From a virus (Duplodnaviria > Caudoviricetes): 61,602 nt of DNA. The stretch lies in the IMG/VR virus record IMGVR_UViG_3300046167_000543, positions 1-61,602 of that record; one strand, given 5' to 3'. Below, piece by piece: positions 19,640-28,235 of the stretch; position 1 is the first letter of the stretch, and each line of letters opens with the position of its first letter. A program made the translations under genes and the position numbers. The notes beneath the pieces were generated by a model, which searched no databases, was not told the origin of the DNA, and was given only the letters and a program-made list of their open reading frames with translations.

Positions 19640-19661
19640 TATATTTTATTTAATTAAATTA

Positions 19662-19868
19662 TTACTTTATAGGTTTTTCAATAACGTATTTAGCCCCTGG
19701 AAACGTGTAGTCATATCCTGGGTACATAACCTTAGCGTAACCTCTATCGTCAATGCCTAGCACTTTAAACTCAACGCCTTTCATTGTTATTTTATTTCCA
19801 GGTATTATATTGTAAGGCTTATTAACATCTGGACTATTTTTTAAATAACCTTTTTTAGAAGTTTTCAT
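19662..19868 (-). CDS. small hypothetical protein
   Basis: 68 aa; ITMKGV...MYPGYDYTFPGAKYVIE. Confidence 0.5.
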   Translation of the reverse strand: MKTSKKGYLKNSPDVNKPYNIIPGNKITMKGVEFKVLGIDDRGYAKVMYPGYDYTFPGAKYVIEKPIK

Positions 19869-20173
19869 TATGCGTTATTGTAAGCTTCTTTTTCCCAAGG
19901 CAAATTCTTTGCCCCTTCTTTAATACTCGAGCGAGGTATTTTTTTACCTTTCCAGTATACATATTTATCGTCATAATCAAGATCACCTCTACGCATTTGG
20001 TCTATATGAACCATTTCGTGGTTTATAACTTCTTGTATTTTACCACACGGCACATCTTTGTTTATAATAATCGTACCGTTATTATTAGCTTTTCCTAACA
20101 CACCGTCCTCCATATCTACGTGATAAACAGGAGTATTGTCTATTGAAAATGGTGGTGTTAATTTAAAAGCCAT
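19868..20173 (-). CDS. small zincin-like metallopeptidase
   Basis: VINHEMVHIDQ (HExxH) and downstream PWEKEAY third-ligand motif. Confidence 0.65.
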   Translation of the reverse strand: MAFKLTPPFSIDNTPVYHVDMEDGVLGKANNNGTIIINKDVPCGKIQEVINHEMVHIDQMRRGDLDYDDKYVYWKGKKIPRSSIKEGAKNLPWEKEAYNNA

Positions 20174-20174
20174 A

Positions 20175-20330
20175 TTATTTGTTGTAAGGTACTTTATCGT
20201 TAAACCAAGCCTGTCTAGCAGAGCAACCGCAAGGAATATTCAAACCCTCTGAAACTTTATCTACAATAGTTTTTATACCAGTAGCTTTAGTAAATTTCGC
20301 TATGTCGTCTCCTAATCCTCTTGATTTCAT
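20175..20330 (-). CDS. small hypothetical protein (51 aa)
   Basis: hand-translated MKSRGLGDDIAKFTKATGIK...PCGCSARQAWFN; fills the operon gap exactly. Confidence 0.6.
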   Translation of the reverse strand: MKSRGLGDDIAKFTKATGIKTIVDKVSEGLNIPCGCSARQAWFNDKVPYNK

Positions 20331-20590
20331 TACCATTTTACTTTATCAGCCCAGTAAGCTGCAGACATTTTACCTTTTTTAATATTCTTTGCGTGACGAG
20401 CTTTAAAACTAGCTCTACGCGCTTTAGACTTAGCGTCTGTTTTTTTACCAGCAGTGCTAACACCTTGCTGACCAAATCGTATAATCTTTTCTTTACCTGC
20501 AGAACAGGCTTTAACTATATGCGATTTAGTTTTATGATCTGGCGTACGCCGAGGTTTGTTACACTTAAGTGTTTTCTTATCAGTTGCCAT
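20330..20590 (-). CDS. small basic phage protein
   Basis: 86 aa; KIIRFGQQG...ARRASFKARH...SAAYWA. Confidence 0.6.
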   Translation of the reverse strand: MATDKKTLKCNKPRRTPDHKTKSHIVKACSAGKEKIIRFGQQGVSTAGKKTDAKSKARRASFKARHAKNIKKGKMSAAYWADKVKW

Positions 20591-20942
20591 ATGTCCAAAT
20601 TACATTAGGTGATTTACTATTATCAATATCTATATGAATAAAAGTATCACCAATACCTATACGGTCTATACCGTGTTCCATTAATTCTCTTACAAGTTCA
20701 AACCTGTATCTACTGTCTTTGCAAGCTATATCAACCGCTAGACCTTTTAAATGAGATGAGTTAGGTTTCCCACCTACTTTTTCGTTGTGTGCTGGAGTGC
20801 GATAACCTGAAGTTATAACGACAGGTTTACCAAGCTCAGCTCTAACACTTTCAAGTATAAGCATAAGATCTTTACTCATCATTTGCCCGCTACCTTGTAC
20901 GTCAGGCGAATCGAACTCTTCGTAAGTAAAATACTTAAACAT
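20580..20942 (-). CDS. peptidase M15A family endolysin
   Basis: ITSGYRTPAHN...SSHLKGLAVDI...FIHID zinc-binding motifs. Confidence 0.85.
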   Translation of the reverse strand: MFKYFTYEEFDSPDVQGSGQMMSKDLMLILESVRAELGKPVVITSGYRTPAHNEKVGGKPNSSHLKGLAVDIACKDSRYRFELVRELMEHGIDRIGIGDTFIHIDIDNSKSPNVIWTYGN

Positions 20943-21097
20943 TATTTTTTATTTTTAAGCTGTATCCACTTGTTTACAGTGTAACCAATAGTTACCACTA
21001 ATAATAGCAATTTTAAACCCATCTCTATCTCAGCAAATGTTGTTACTCCTAATGTAGTTGTGTTTATAGCGTAAAGTTTAAAATCGTTAAAACTCAT
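20942..21097 (-). CDS. small membrane protein, holin/antiholin-like (51 aa)
   Basis: hand-translated MSFNDFKLYAIN...LKLLLLVVTIGYTVNKWIQLKNKK; directly upstream of endolysin. Confidence 0.55.
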   Translation of the reverse strand: MSFNDFKLYAINTTTLGVTTFAEIEMGLKLLLLVVTIGYTVNKWIQLKNKK

Positions 21098-21098
21098 C

Positions 21099-21302
21099 TT
21101 ACAATCCTTTTGCTCGTTGCGTAATTGGCCCTGATTTGTAGCTGCAAGGATATTTTTTTACCTGCATACCCGCAATACCAGAACTACTACCTTTACCCAT
21201 TGGAAAACCAGTGGTGTCTAATGGCCCGTCCCAAACATGCGACTCACCTACTTGTCCTTCTAGCGTGGGCTTTCCTAGTAATTTACTTATATTGTGATCC
21301 AT
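21099..21302 (-). CDS. hypothetical protein
   Basis: 67 aa in operon. Confidence 0.45.
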   Translation of the reverse strand: MDHNISKLLGKPTLEGQVGESHVWDGPLDTTGFPMGKGSSSGIAGMQVKKYPCSYKSGPITQRAKGL

Positions 21303-21304
21303 AA

Positions 21305-21856
21305 TTATTTATTTCTTTTATTGTATAATGCTTTTCTAGCAGCTTCCAAACTACCATATTGTCGTATAGCGTTAGCTTCATATAAAGAAGCTTTTTTGTA
21401 ATTATAAGTAGGATCTTCATTTATACTCAATCCAGTAGCTGCGTTATAAATTCTATTTGAAACATCTGGATTACCCGTGTATGAGCTGTTATAAGCTGTA
21501 GTAACTTTAGGTTTATCAGTTAATGTTTTTAACATTTTTTTATCACCATTCTGCTTTTGGTTTAAAGGCGACATGTTGTTTGGTGATTCTTCATAACCTT
21601 CGGTTCTAGCTTTTATAACATCAGCTTGTGTAATTTCACCATCACCTGTTTGATCTGTAAAAAACACAGGTGCTTGCGCTCCCATAGACATTTGTCTTTG
21701 CAAAGGTGTTCCATACATTATACTAGCAGCGTTACTTGCATTTTGATTAAACACAGGTTGAGCCGTACCCATTTGATTTGCTGTCATAGGCGGTTGCATT
21801 GTCATCTCCATACCAGTTAATGGGTCAATCATTTTTAAAGGATTTTTGTGGTCCAT
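21305..21856 (-). CDS. low-complexity protein with EF-hand-like loop
   Basis: 183 aa Met/Gln/Pro-rich; DQTGDGEITQAD. Confidence 0.5.
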   Translation of the reverse strand: MDHKNPLKMIDPLTGMEMTMQPPMTANQMGTAQPVFNQNASNAASIMYGTPLQRQMSMGAQAPVFFTDQTGDGEITQADVIKARTEGYEESPNNMSPLNQKQNGDKKMLKTLTDKPKVTTAYNSSYTGNPDVSNRIYNAATGLSINEDPTYNYKKASLYEANAIRQYGSLEAARKALYNKRNK

Positions 21857-21857
21857 A

Positions 21858-22307
21858 TTATCTTTCTTTATCTTTGTTTACGTTGTACACAGAGGTTATT
21901 AATACTTTATCAGTATACGTTTGTCCGCGCATTATCTTGTTTCGTCTTTCACTAATTGGAATATCTTCCTCGCCAACCATAATCTTATACATAGTATTGA
22001 TTAGCCTTTTACATTTAAACGAAACTTTGTATATATTATACTTCTGCGTCGTCCTGTTTCTTTCACGCCATACTACTATCCAACCTTCTTTCAGAAGCCT
22101 GTTCCATCTTCTGTTATCCCAGCTAAATGAGTAACATCCCATTTCAAAATCTTTTTTAGTGAAATGTTCCATGCAGTCTAAGTATATTAAAAGCTCTAGC
22201 TCTGCATCGTTTAAACCGTTATTTCTACAAGCCCATTTGCGAATTATCCGATAGTGTTTTAAAATGTTTAAATCTTTAATATCACTAGCTTCTAGTCTTC
22301 GCCTCAT
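21858..22307 (-). CDS. putative winged-helix DNA-binding protein
   Basis: GLNDAELELLIYL...NRLLKEGWIVVW...YKVSFKCKRLI resembles MarR-like wHTH. Confidence 0.5.
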   Translation of the reverse strand: MRRRLEASDIKDLNILKHYRIIRKWACRNNGLNDAELELLIYLDCMEHFTKKDFEMGCYSFSWDNRRWNRLLKEGWIVVWRERNRTTQKYNIYKVSFKCKRLINTMYKIMVGEEDIPISERRNKIMRGQTYTDKVLITSVYNVNKDKER

Positions 22308-22564
22308 AGTATTACAACAACGTCTTGTAGTTTTATAACGTGAAACTTTTCTTTTTCTATTTCTATGCCATGCCCAGCGTGACGATCGAAATATATTTTA
22401 TCACCATCTTTTATACCTACAATTTCATCACCAGCGTTTAATACTTCGGCTTTTCTGTAACGTATATCTTCTCTATGGCTTTCAGCAAGAAGCAGTCCAC
22501 CTTTTGTTTTGGTGGACACTTCTTTTTCTATTTTTATAATCAAGTTCTTACCTACTGCTTTCAT
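22304..22564 (-). CDS. groES: co-chaperonin GroES
   Basis: KTKGGLLL mobile loop, IKDGDKIYF, adjacent to groEL. Confidence 0.85.
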   Translation of the reverse strand: MKAVGKNLIIKIEKEVSTKTKGGLLLAESHREDIRYRKAEVLNAGDEIVGIKDGDKIYFDRHAGHGIEIEKEKFHVIKLQDVVVIL

Positions 22565-24104
22565 CTATTCTTAAATTATTGATTACACAATCTGTTGAAA
22601 GAATAGTGGTAGCTACTGATGCCGCGTTTCTAAGCGCAGACTTGGTAACTAGCAAAGGATCGATAATACCTGACTTAATCATATTTACCATATTTCCTGT
22701 AACCACATCTAATCCTTTGCCTTTTACCTTAGGCATTTCATACGTTTCAATGCCGGCGTTTTTTAATATAGTTTTAAACGGAGCTTGTATGGCTTTCAAA
22801 AGTACCTCTTCGCTTTTACTCTTAGGTTTAATCTTTAGCGAAGCATTGAGTAAAGCTATACCACCACCAGGTACTATACCTTCTTTAATAGCAGCTTTAG
22901 TAGCGCAAACAGCGTCTTCAACCCTGTCTGTCTTTTCCTTTAACTCAATTTCTGAATTAGCACCTACTTTAACAATAGCCACTTTAGCAGAAAGTCTTGA
23001 TAGTCTTTTTTCTAACTTAATTATAGCACCAGCATTTTTTGTATTTGCTATGCGATCTTTAATTTCTTTTATAAGGTTTTCAACCTCTTCGTTATCTTTA
23101 GTTACTTGTAGTATAGTATCATTTTGACTAGTTACACTTTTAATACAAGTACCTAACATATCAGGTGTAATCAAATCAACATCATCACCAAGGTCTTCAT
23201 TTATAACAGTGGCTCCAGTTAGCAGAGCTAAATCATTTAATGTATCTTTTTTATTAACACCATACGTAGGCGCGTTGATAACATTTACTTTTATATTACC
23301 CTTTGTTTTATTCATAGCTAAAGCTGATATAACAGCTTGTTCACAGTCAGCTATAATGAGTAAAGATTTATTAGATTTAATAACGTACTCAAGTACGCTT
23401 TGTATTTTTCTAATACTTTCAACTGGTGACTCTACAAGGAGTATCAGTGGATTTTCAAGCTCAGCAGTTTTAGATGATTTACTTGTAACAAATGCCATAT
23501 TAGTAAGACCTTTGTCATATTCAACTCCATCAACTATTTCTACTCTTGTATCGCTTTCAGCTGTTTGTTCCATTGTAACAATACCAGTTTCATCTACACC
23601 TCGGAAAGCATCAGCTATAATACTACCTAGCTCTGAGTCGTTATTTGTAGATATAGTAGCTACTTGATCTATCATATTTCCAGAAACTTGAACAGAGTTT
23701 TCTTCTAAGTGCTTTATTACTTTATTAACAGCGTTGTTAATACCAAGCTTCATGTTTCTAGAACCTTCATCGTCTAGCACTTCATAAGCTTCTGTTAAGA
23801 TTGAGTGCGCTAGTACCGTAGCCGTTGTTGTTCCATCGCCAGCTTCTTTGACGGTTTTTCTAGCAGCTTCCTTTAAAAGCGTAGCACCCATATTTTCTAC
23901 TGGGTCTCTAAGTATAATAGAGTTTGCAACTGTTACACCGTCTTTTGTAATTACTGGCTGGCCGGTGTTATCTTCCAGTATAACACATTTGCCGCTAGCC
24001 CCAAGTGTGGAGCTAACAGCTTGTGTCAATTTATCAATACCTTTAAACACATTGGTGCGGGCTTCGCTACCAAAGTTAAGGTTTTTAACTATAGCGTCTG
24101 ACAT
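22548..24104 (-). CDS. groEL: chaperonin GroEL
   Basis: ITKDGVTVA, AGDGTTTATVLA, GIVPGGG, GIIDP motifs; no GGM tail. Confidence 0.95.
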   Translation of the reverse strand: MSDAIVKNLNFGSEARTNVFKGIDKLTQAVSSTLGASGKCVILEDNTGQPVITKDGVTVANSIILRDPVENMGATLLKEAARKTVKEAGDGTTTATVLAHSILTEAYEVLDDEGSRNMKLGINNAVNKVIKHLEENSVQVSGNMIDQVATISTNNDSELGSIIADAFRGVDETGIVTMEQTAESDTRVEIVDGVEYDKGLTNMAFVTSKSSKTAELENPLILLVESPVESIRKIQSVLEYVIKSNKSLLIIADCEQAVISALAMNKTKGNIKVNVINAPTYGVNKKDTLNDLALLTGATVINEDLGDDVDLITPDMLGTCIKSVTSQNDTILQVTKDNEEVENLIKEIKDRIANTKNAGAIIKLEKRLSRLSAKVAIVKVGANSEIELKEKTDRVEDAVCATKAAIKEGIVPGGGIALLNASLKIKPKSKSEEVLLKAIQAPFKTILKNAGIETYEMPKVKGKGLDVVTGNMVNMIKSGIIDPLLVTKSALRNAASVATTILSTDCVINNLRIDESSR

Positions 24105-24136
24105 TTATTTGATTTGATTAGATTATATTATTTTAT

Positions 24137-24427
24137 TTATTCAAACGTCTTAACGACTTGTGGTCCGCGTAAGTAACCAAGCTTTTTTTCATAGTGCGCT
24201 ATTGATGCGTCTATTGCTTGCTCAGCTCCTTCGAGGGTTTCGCGTCTCGTTACGTCGATCCAAGAATCTTCTTTTTTTGGATCTAGGTATTCTGTTTGGT
24301 AGAAACCGTTTGGTAGCTGGACTATACGCCAGTGTTTCTTTTCAGATACATGCTTCCAAAGGTTGATGGTTTCTTCACTTATTTGTGGTTGACTACTCCA
24401 CGATTGAGTCTGGTAAAATAGTGTCAT
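24137..24427 (-). CDS. hypothetical protein
   Basis: 96 aa; first gene after a predicted promoter. Confidence 0.5.
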   Translation of the reverse strand: MTLFYQTQSWSSQPQISEETINLWKHVSEKKHWRIVQLPNGFYQTEYLDPKKEDSWIDVTRRETLEGAEQAIDASIAHYEKKLGYLRGPQVVKTFE

Positions 24428-24483
24428 TGGTTTTGGTTTTAAATTACTATTTGGTTTGCCATTTCCCTGGCCGGGTATATTCT

Positions 24484-24513
24484 ATATACTCACTTGGTTT
24501 TAGTGATTTTTAC
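24484..24513 (-). promoter_or_regulatory. putative phage promoter class II (GTAAA-N15-GTGAGTATAT)
   Basis: matches sites at 30491-30520(-) and 40098-40127(+) with identical spacing. Confidence 0.55.
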
Positions 24514-24858
24514 TTAATCTGCTATTGTCATAGTTACAGAAGTCGGATTTATTTCTAAATCAATAGCTTGCTGTATACCAGTTTCTATAGAAGTCACTTG
24601 CTCTTCACCCATAGCTTCTTTAGTCCAGCCAACTACTATTTCGTTTGTTAGTTCGTCAAAAGGGATAAATTCACTTTCAGGATCTAAAGGTACAGTCTGC
24701 GTACCGATACTAGTTGATTGATATGGGTTTCCTTCTGGATCAAGCTCATCTGAAACTCCCGTTACTATCCAGTGTACATTATACACTACATCTGTTTCAC
24801 TACCCTCTGTTGGATGTACATCTACTGTTTTACAGTTCCAATTATATACTGTTGCCAT
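24514..24858 (-). CDS. tail-fibre-associated protein
   Basis: 114 aa acidic; VVYNVHW...FIPFDELTNEIVVGW pattern seen next to phage tail fibres. Confidence 0.5.
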   Translation of the reverse strand: MATVYNWNCKTVDVHPTEGSETDVVYNVHWIVTGVSDELDPEGNPYQSTSIGTQTVPLDPESEFIPFDELTNEIVVGWTKEAMGEEQVTSIETGIQQAIDLEINPTSVTMTIAD

Positions 24859-24891
24859 TTTTGTTTAGTTTATATTTATTAATTACTTATT

Positions 24892-27800
24892 TTATTGGTT
24901 TTCTAAAGTTTGTATTTTTGTTTCTAAACTTTTTATTTTAGCATTTAGCTCTTTTACAGAGTTTATTAAAGCAAAAGTTAATGCGTGGCTATCAAAGTTA
25001 TAAAGTTCTGTATCTTCTTCGTCTTCTTCATTTAGTTTAGCATTATATTTTTTAACCGTTTCCGGCATTACGTCTTTTATTTCTTGCGCTATAACACCAA
25101 TATTGTTTTTGGTTGTAGCGTCAAATCCAGCTTTTCCGTTATAATCAAAAAGCTTAGGCTCTATTTGCAATAGCTCTTGAAGCCCTGTTTCGTAAGGTCG
25201 TATATTAGTTTTTACTCTTTCGTCAGATACTACAGTCCAAGAGCTTGAGGTTGGTTTTGCGGCTGAATTGGTAGATAACTGTAATTGGTATTGCGGGCTG
25301 GTTGTTCCAAGCCCCACTCTTCCAAAAGAATTAATATAAATTGAACTACTCGTACCTTTATTTATTGTAAGAGTATTACCAAAATTAAGTTTTGTTTGTC
25401 CGCTATAGTCATCGTATTCTAAAAAAGCATCTTGGTTTGCATAAGAAAGAACACCGTTATTACCAAAATAAATACCTGATTTTCCAAACGCACCAGTGTT
25501 TAAATTAACAACCGCATTACCGCCATACCCACTTCCGGTAGCGGTTTGTATTCTAAATTCTTCAGTACTGCTGCCGGAGTTAGATGCACTACCTATATGA
25601 AGCTTAACTGTTGGTGCGGTAATCCCAATCCCAACGTTGCCAAAACCGTCAATTCGCATGCTTTCGCTAGAGCCATTATTTCGAAAAAACCTTATGGGTT
25701 TACTCGTCCCGTTAGTTTGCACAACACCTTCCCCCGAGGTGTTTGTTTTTATTACAAAACTACTAGTTGCATCTGTTAAAGTTAGACTAGGCGAGCTACC
25801 AGTAAGAAGTATATCATCTACAACTGTTAGTTTAGACGTAGGGTTCGTCGTTCCAATCCCCACTTTGCCGCTTCGTAAAACCATAGTTTCTACAGCGCTT
25901 GTTGTTTCAAAGGCCATATAACTTGTGCCACCGCTAGTAGATTTTATTTTTAAGCCTTGGTCAAATGCTGTATTGTTATAAGCGCCTGTTTTAATTACCC
26001 AATCATTTTGGTTTGCGGCGTATACTATAGGTGTTATATAAGCGCTACCATTATACACGTGAAGTTTTTCACTTGGATTACGAGTCCCAATCCCAACTTC
26101 TCCAGATGTACTTAAAAACATTCTGCTAGTGGTAGCAGACGTATTTGTTGATTTATTGTCTACTCTAAAATCAAGACCCCAGCCGCCGTCTGAAGTAGTT
26201 TGTGTTATAGCGGCTGTGCCGTGAGTAACACCGCCGTCCCAGCGCCTGAAATCTAACACACCCGCGGTACTAGTACCCATTCTTACGCCTATGGTGTTTG
26301 TGCCTCCCCAAACATAATTTGTCTGTTCTGTTGCAACGTAATTGTCATTACCTTTTATAGTTAATTTTTGGTTTGGGTTTGTTGTGTTAATCCCGACGTT
26401 GCCCTTTAGCTGTGTTGTAACTATACTGTTGTTCCCAAGCACCGCTGTGTTGCTACCAAGGCCAATAGCGTTATAACCTATTACTATTTGGTTTGTTTGG
26501 TTATCACCGCCTGCATCAGAATCAGCTCCTATAAAAACAGAATCATTAGCTGTTACAACATTATTATTACCGCCTCCATATTTTTGCCCAGCAGCATACC
26601 CCACGCCTACGTTTCTTCGCCCGCTCGTTATTTTGTTTAATACTTCTTGGCCTATTCCTGTATTACCGCCAGAACTTGTTGAAGATTGAAGACTGTTAAA
26701 AGCACCTTGGCCTATTGCTGTATTGGAATCTGACTGAGCTTGATATAAAGCGCGGTAACCGACAGCTGTGTTGTTGCTAGAATTTGTAGTAAAAGCCATA
26801 GTTTGGTTACCAACCGCAACATTAAAATCCCCGTCAATGTTGTCGCGCAAAGCTTGGTTGCCTAAAACAGAATTATAATTACCTGTTGTAGTATCTTGCA
26901 TTGCAGCATGCCCAACAGCGGTGTTATATTTAGCACTTGTATTGCTTCTAAATGCAGATGGCCCAATAACTACATTTCTATCACCTGTTGATGTTGAACT
27001 TTGGCCAGTGTTGGAGTCACCGATATAAAGACTTGAATTTGCGCTATTAACTATAACTACTCCTTCTATTTTGGTATTGCCTACTACGTGCAGCTTATGC
27101 GCTGGACTCGTCGTTCCAATTCCGACGTTGCCTTGACCCCCCGCTCTCATGAATTCTTGTCCGCCTTCAGTAAAAATCAACCAATCATTGTTTCCAACAG
27201 CTAACTTTCCATCATCTATAAATTGTATGTTTGTGCTATTTTCACCAATTTTTATTCCGTTAAAATTTGATCTTGCGCCGTCAACATGAAGTATATCCGC
27301 AGGTGCGGTCGTACCAATCCCGACGTTGCCAACAGAATTAATATACATTCTAGAGCCACTACTTCCGCTTTCTAAGTTTAATGTAGCGCTAAAGTTAAGT
27401 GTAGTTGCATTACTGCTGTCTGCATATTTCAAATAAGCGTCTTGGCTAGTATATGTGCTTTGATTTCCAAAATAAATACCTGAAGTTCCAAATGCACCAG
27501 TAACTAAGTTAGCAATAGCGGTACCACCATTACCAGAACTTGTTCCGCTTTGTATTCTAAATTCTTCTGTGGTCACACCACTCGTTGATAAAGTGCCTAT
27601 ATGAAGTTTAGTTGCAGGATTAGTAGTACCAATCCCGACGTTGCCTCCGCCAGTAATAGTCATTTTGTCAGTGTTATTAGTTCTAAATAAAAGAGAACCG
27701 TTTGACATATTTGACAGATAAGCGTTAGTTGAAGAAAAAAACAACATGCCTACGTTAGTGCCATTTTCAACCCATCTTATATAAGGGTTTGCGTTTGCTT

Positions 27801-28215
27801 CTATTTTTAAAACCTCACTAGTAGCTCCTCCTTGTATATGCAAAGGAGCTGTTGGCCCAGTCGTCCCAATCCCGACGTTGCCTGTAGAATCTACAACTAA
27901 TCTATCGTTGGATCCTAAGGCTGAACTTCCTGATATTTTAAACTTATCACTATCGGAATTGTCCACACCTATAGCAAATTTGCTAGAATTACTTAGCTGA
28001 AAATTAATTTGCGAGTCACCCGTCGAAGTATTGTTTATCGACATCCTAGCCTGCGTATTGCTGCATTCTATTAAAAAATCTGTATCAACTTCCGAAGACG
28101 ATACTTGCAGGGGCACTCGTGGTTCTGTAGTCCCTATACCAACCCTATCATTTATTGTATCTACATATAAAACACTACTGTCTACAGCGACATCATTAAG
28201 AAATTTAATTGGCAT
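24892..28215 (-). CDS. tail fibre with GNVGIGTTxP repeats and C-terminal S74 intramolecular chaperone
   Basis: about 10 GxVGIGTxxP repeats, N(T/V)AVG autotransporter-head-like repeats, SDERVKTNI...GVIAQE...coiled coil. Confidence 0.85.
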   Translation of the reverse strand: MPIKFLNDVAVDSSVLYVDTINDRVGIGTTEPRVPLQVSSSEVDTDFLIECSNTQARMSINNTSTGDSQINFQLSNSSKFAIGVDNSDSDKFKISGSSALGSNDRLVVDSTGNVGIGTTGPTAPLHIQGGATSEVLKIEANANPYIRWVENGTNVGMLFFSSTNAYLSNMSNGSLLFRTNNTDKMTITGGGNVGIGTTNPATKLHIGTLSTSGVTTEEFRIQSGTSSGNGGTAIANLVTGAFGTSGIYFGNQSTYTSQDAYLKYADSSNATTLNFSATLNLESGSSGSRMYINSVGNVGIGTTAPADILHVDGARSNFNGIKIGENSTNIQFIDDGKLAVGNNDWLIFTEGGQEFMRAGGQGNVGIGTTSPAHKLHVVGNTKIEGVVIVNSANSSLYIGDSNTGQSSTSTGDRNVVIGPSAFRSNTSAKYNTAVGHAAMQDTTTGNYNSVLGNQALRDNIDGDFNVAVGNQTMAFTTNSSNNTAVGYRALYQAQSDSNTAIGQGAFNSLQSSTSSGGNTGIGQEVLNKITSGRRNVGVGYAAGQKYGGGNNNVVTANDSVFIGADSDAGGDNQTNQIVIGYNAIGLGSNTAVLGNNSIVTTQLKGNVGINTTNPNQKLTIKGNDNYVATEQTNYVWGGTNTIGVRMGTSTAGVLDFRRWDGGVTHGTAAITQTTSDGGWGLDFRVDNKSTNTSATTSRMFLSTSGEVGIGTRNPSEKLHVYNGSAYITPIVYAANQNDWVIKTGAYNNTAFDQGLKIKSTSGGTSYMAFETTSAVETMVLRSGKVGIGTTNPTSKLTVVDDILLTGSSPSLTLTDATSSFVIKTNTSGEGVVQTNGTSKPIRFFRNNGSSESMRIDGFGNVGIGITAPTVKLHIGSASNSGSSTEEFRIQTATGSGYGGNAVVNLNTGAFGKSGIYFGNNGVLSYANQDAFLEYDDYSGQTKLNFGNTLTINKGTSSSIYINSFGRVGLGTTSPQYQLQLSTNSAAKPTSSSWTVVSDERVKTNIRPYETGLQELLQIEPKLFDYNGKAGFDATTKNNIGVIAQEIKDVMPETVKKYNAKLNEEDEEDTELYNFDSHALTFALINSVKELNAKIKSLETKIQTLENQ

Positions 28216-28235
28216 ATTATTTGATTATTTTATTA

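Noticed and set aside
22579-24117. Long antisense ORFs opposite groEL (also opposite nrdA, terL, portal and the giant gene)
   Set aside because: Shadow frames produced by codon bias of the real genes; no motifs or start context.
24453-24460. c-di-GMP-I riboswitch hint (GGCAAACC on minus strand)
   Set aside because: The rest of the motif (GNRA-capped P2, GACGCAAAG, P3) is absent.
24892-28215. Diversity-generating retroelement or invertase shufflon acting on the tail fibre
   Set aside because: No reverse transcriptase or site-specific recombinase gene, no adenine-specific TR/VR pair, and all junction motifs are in direct orientation.
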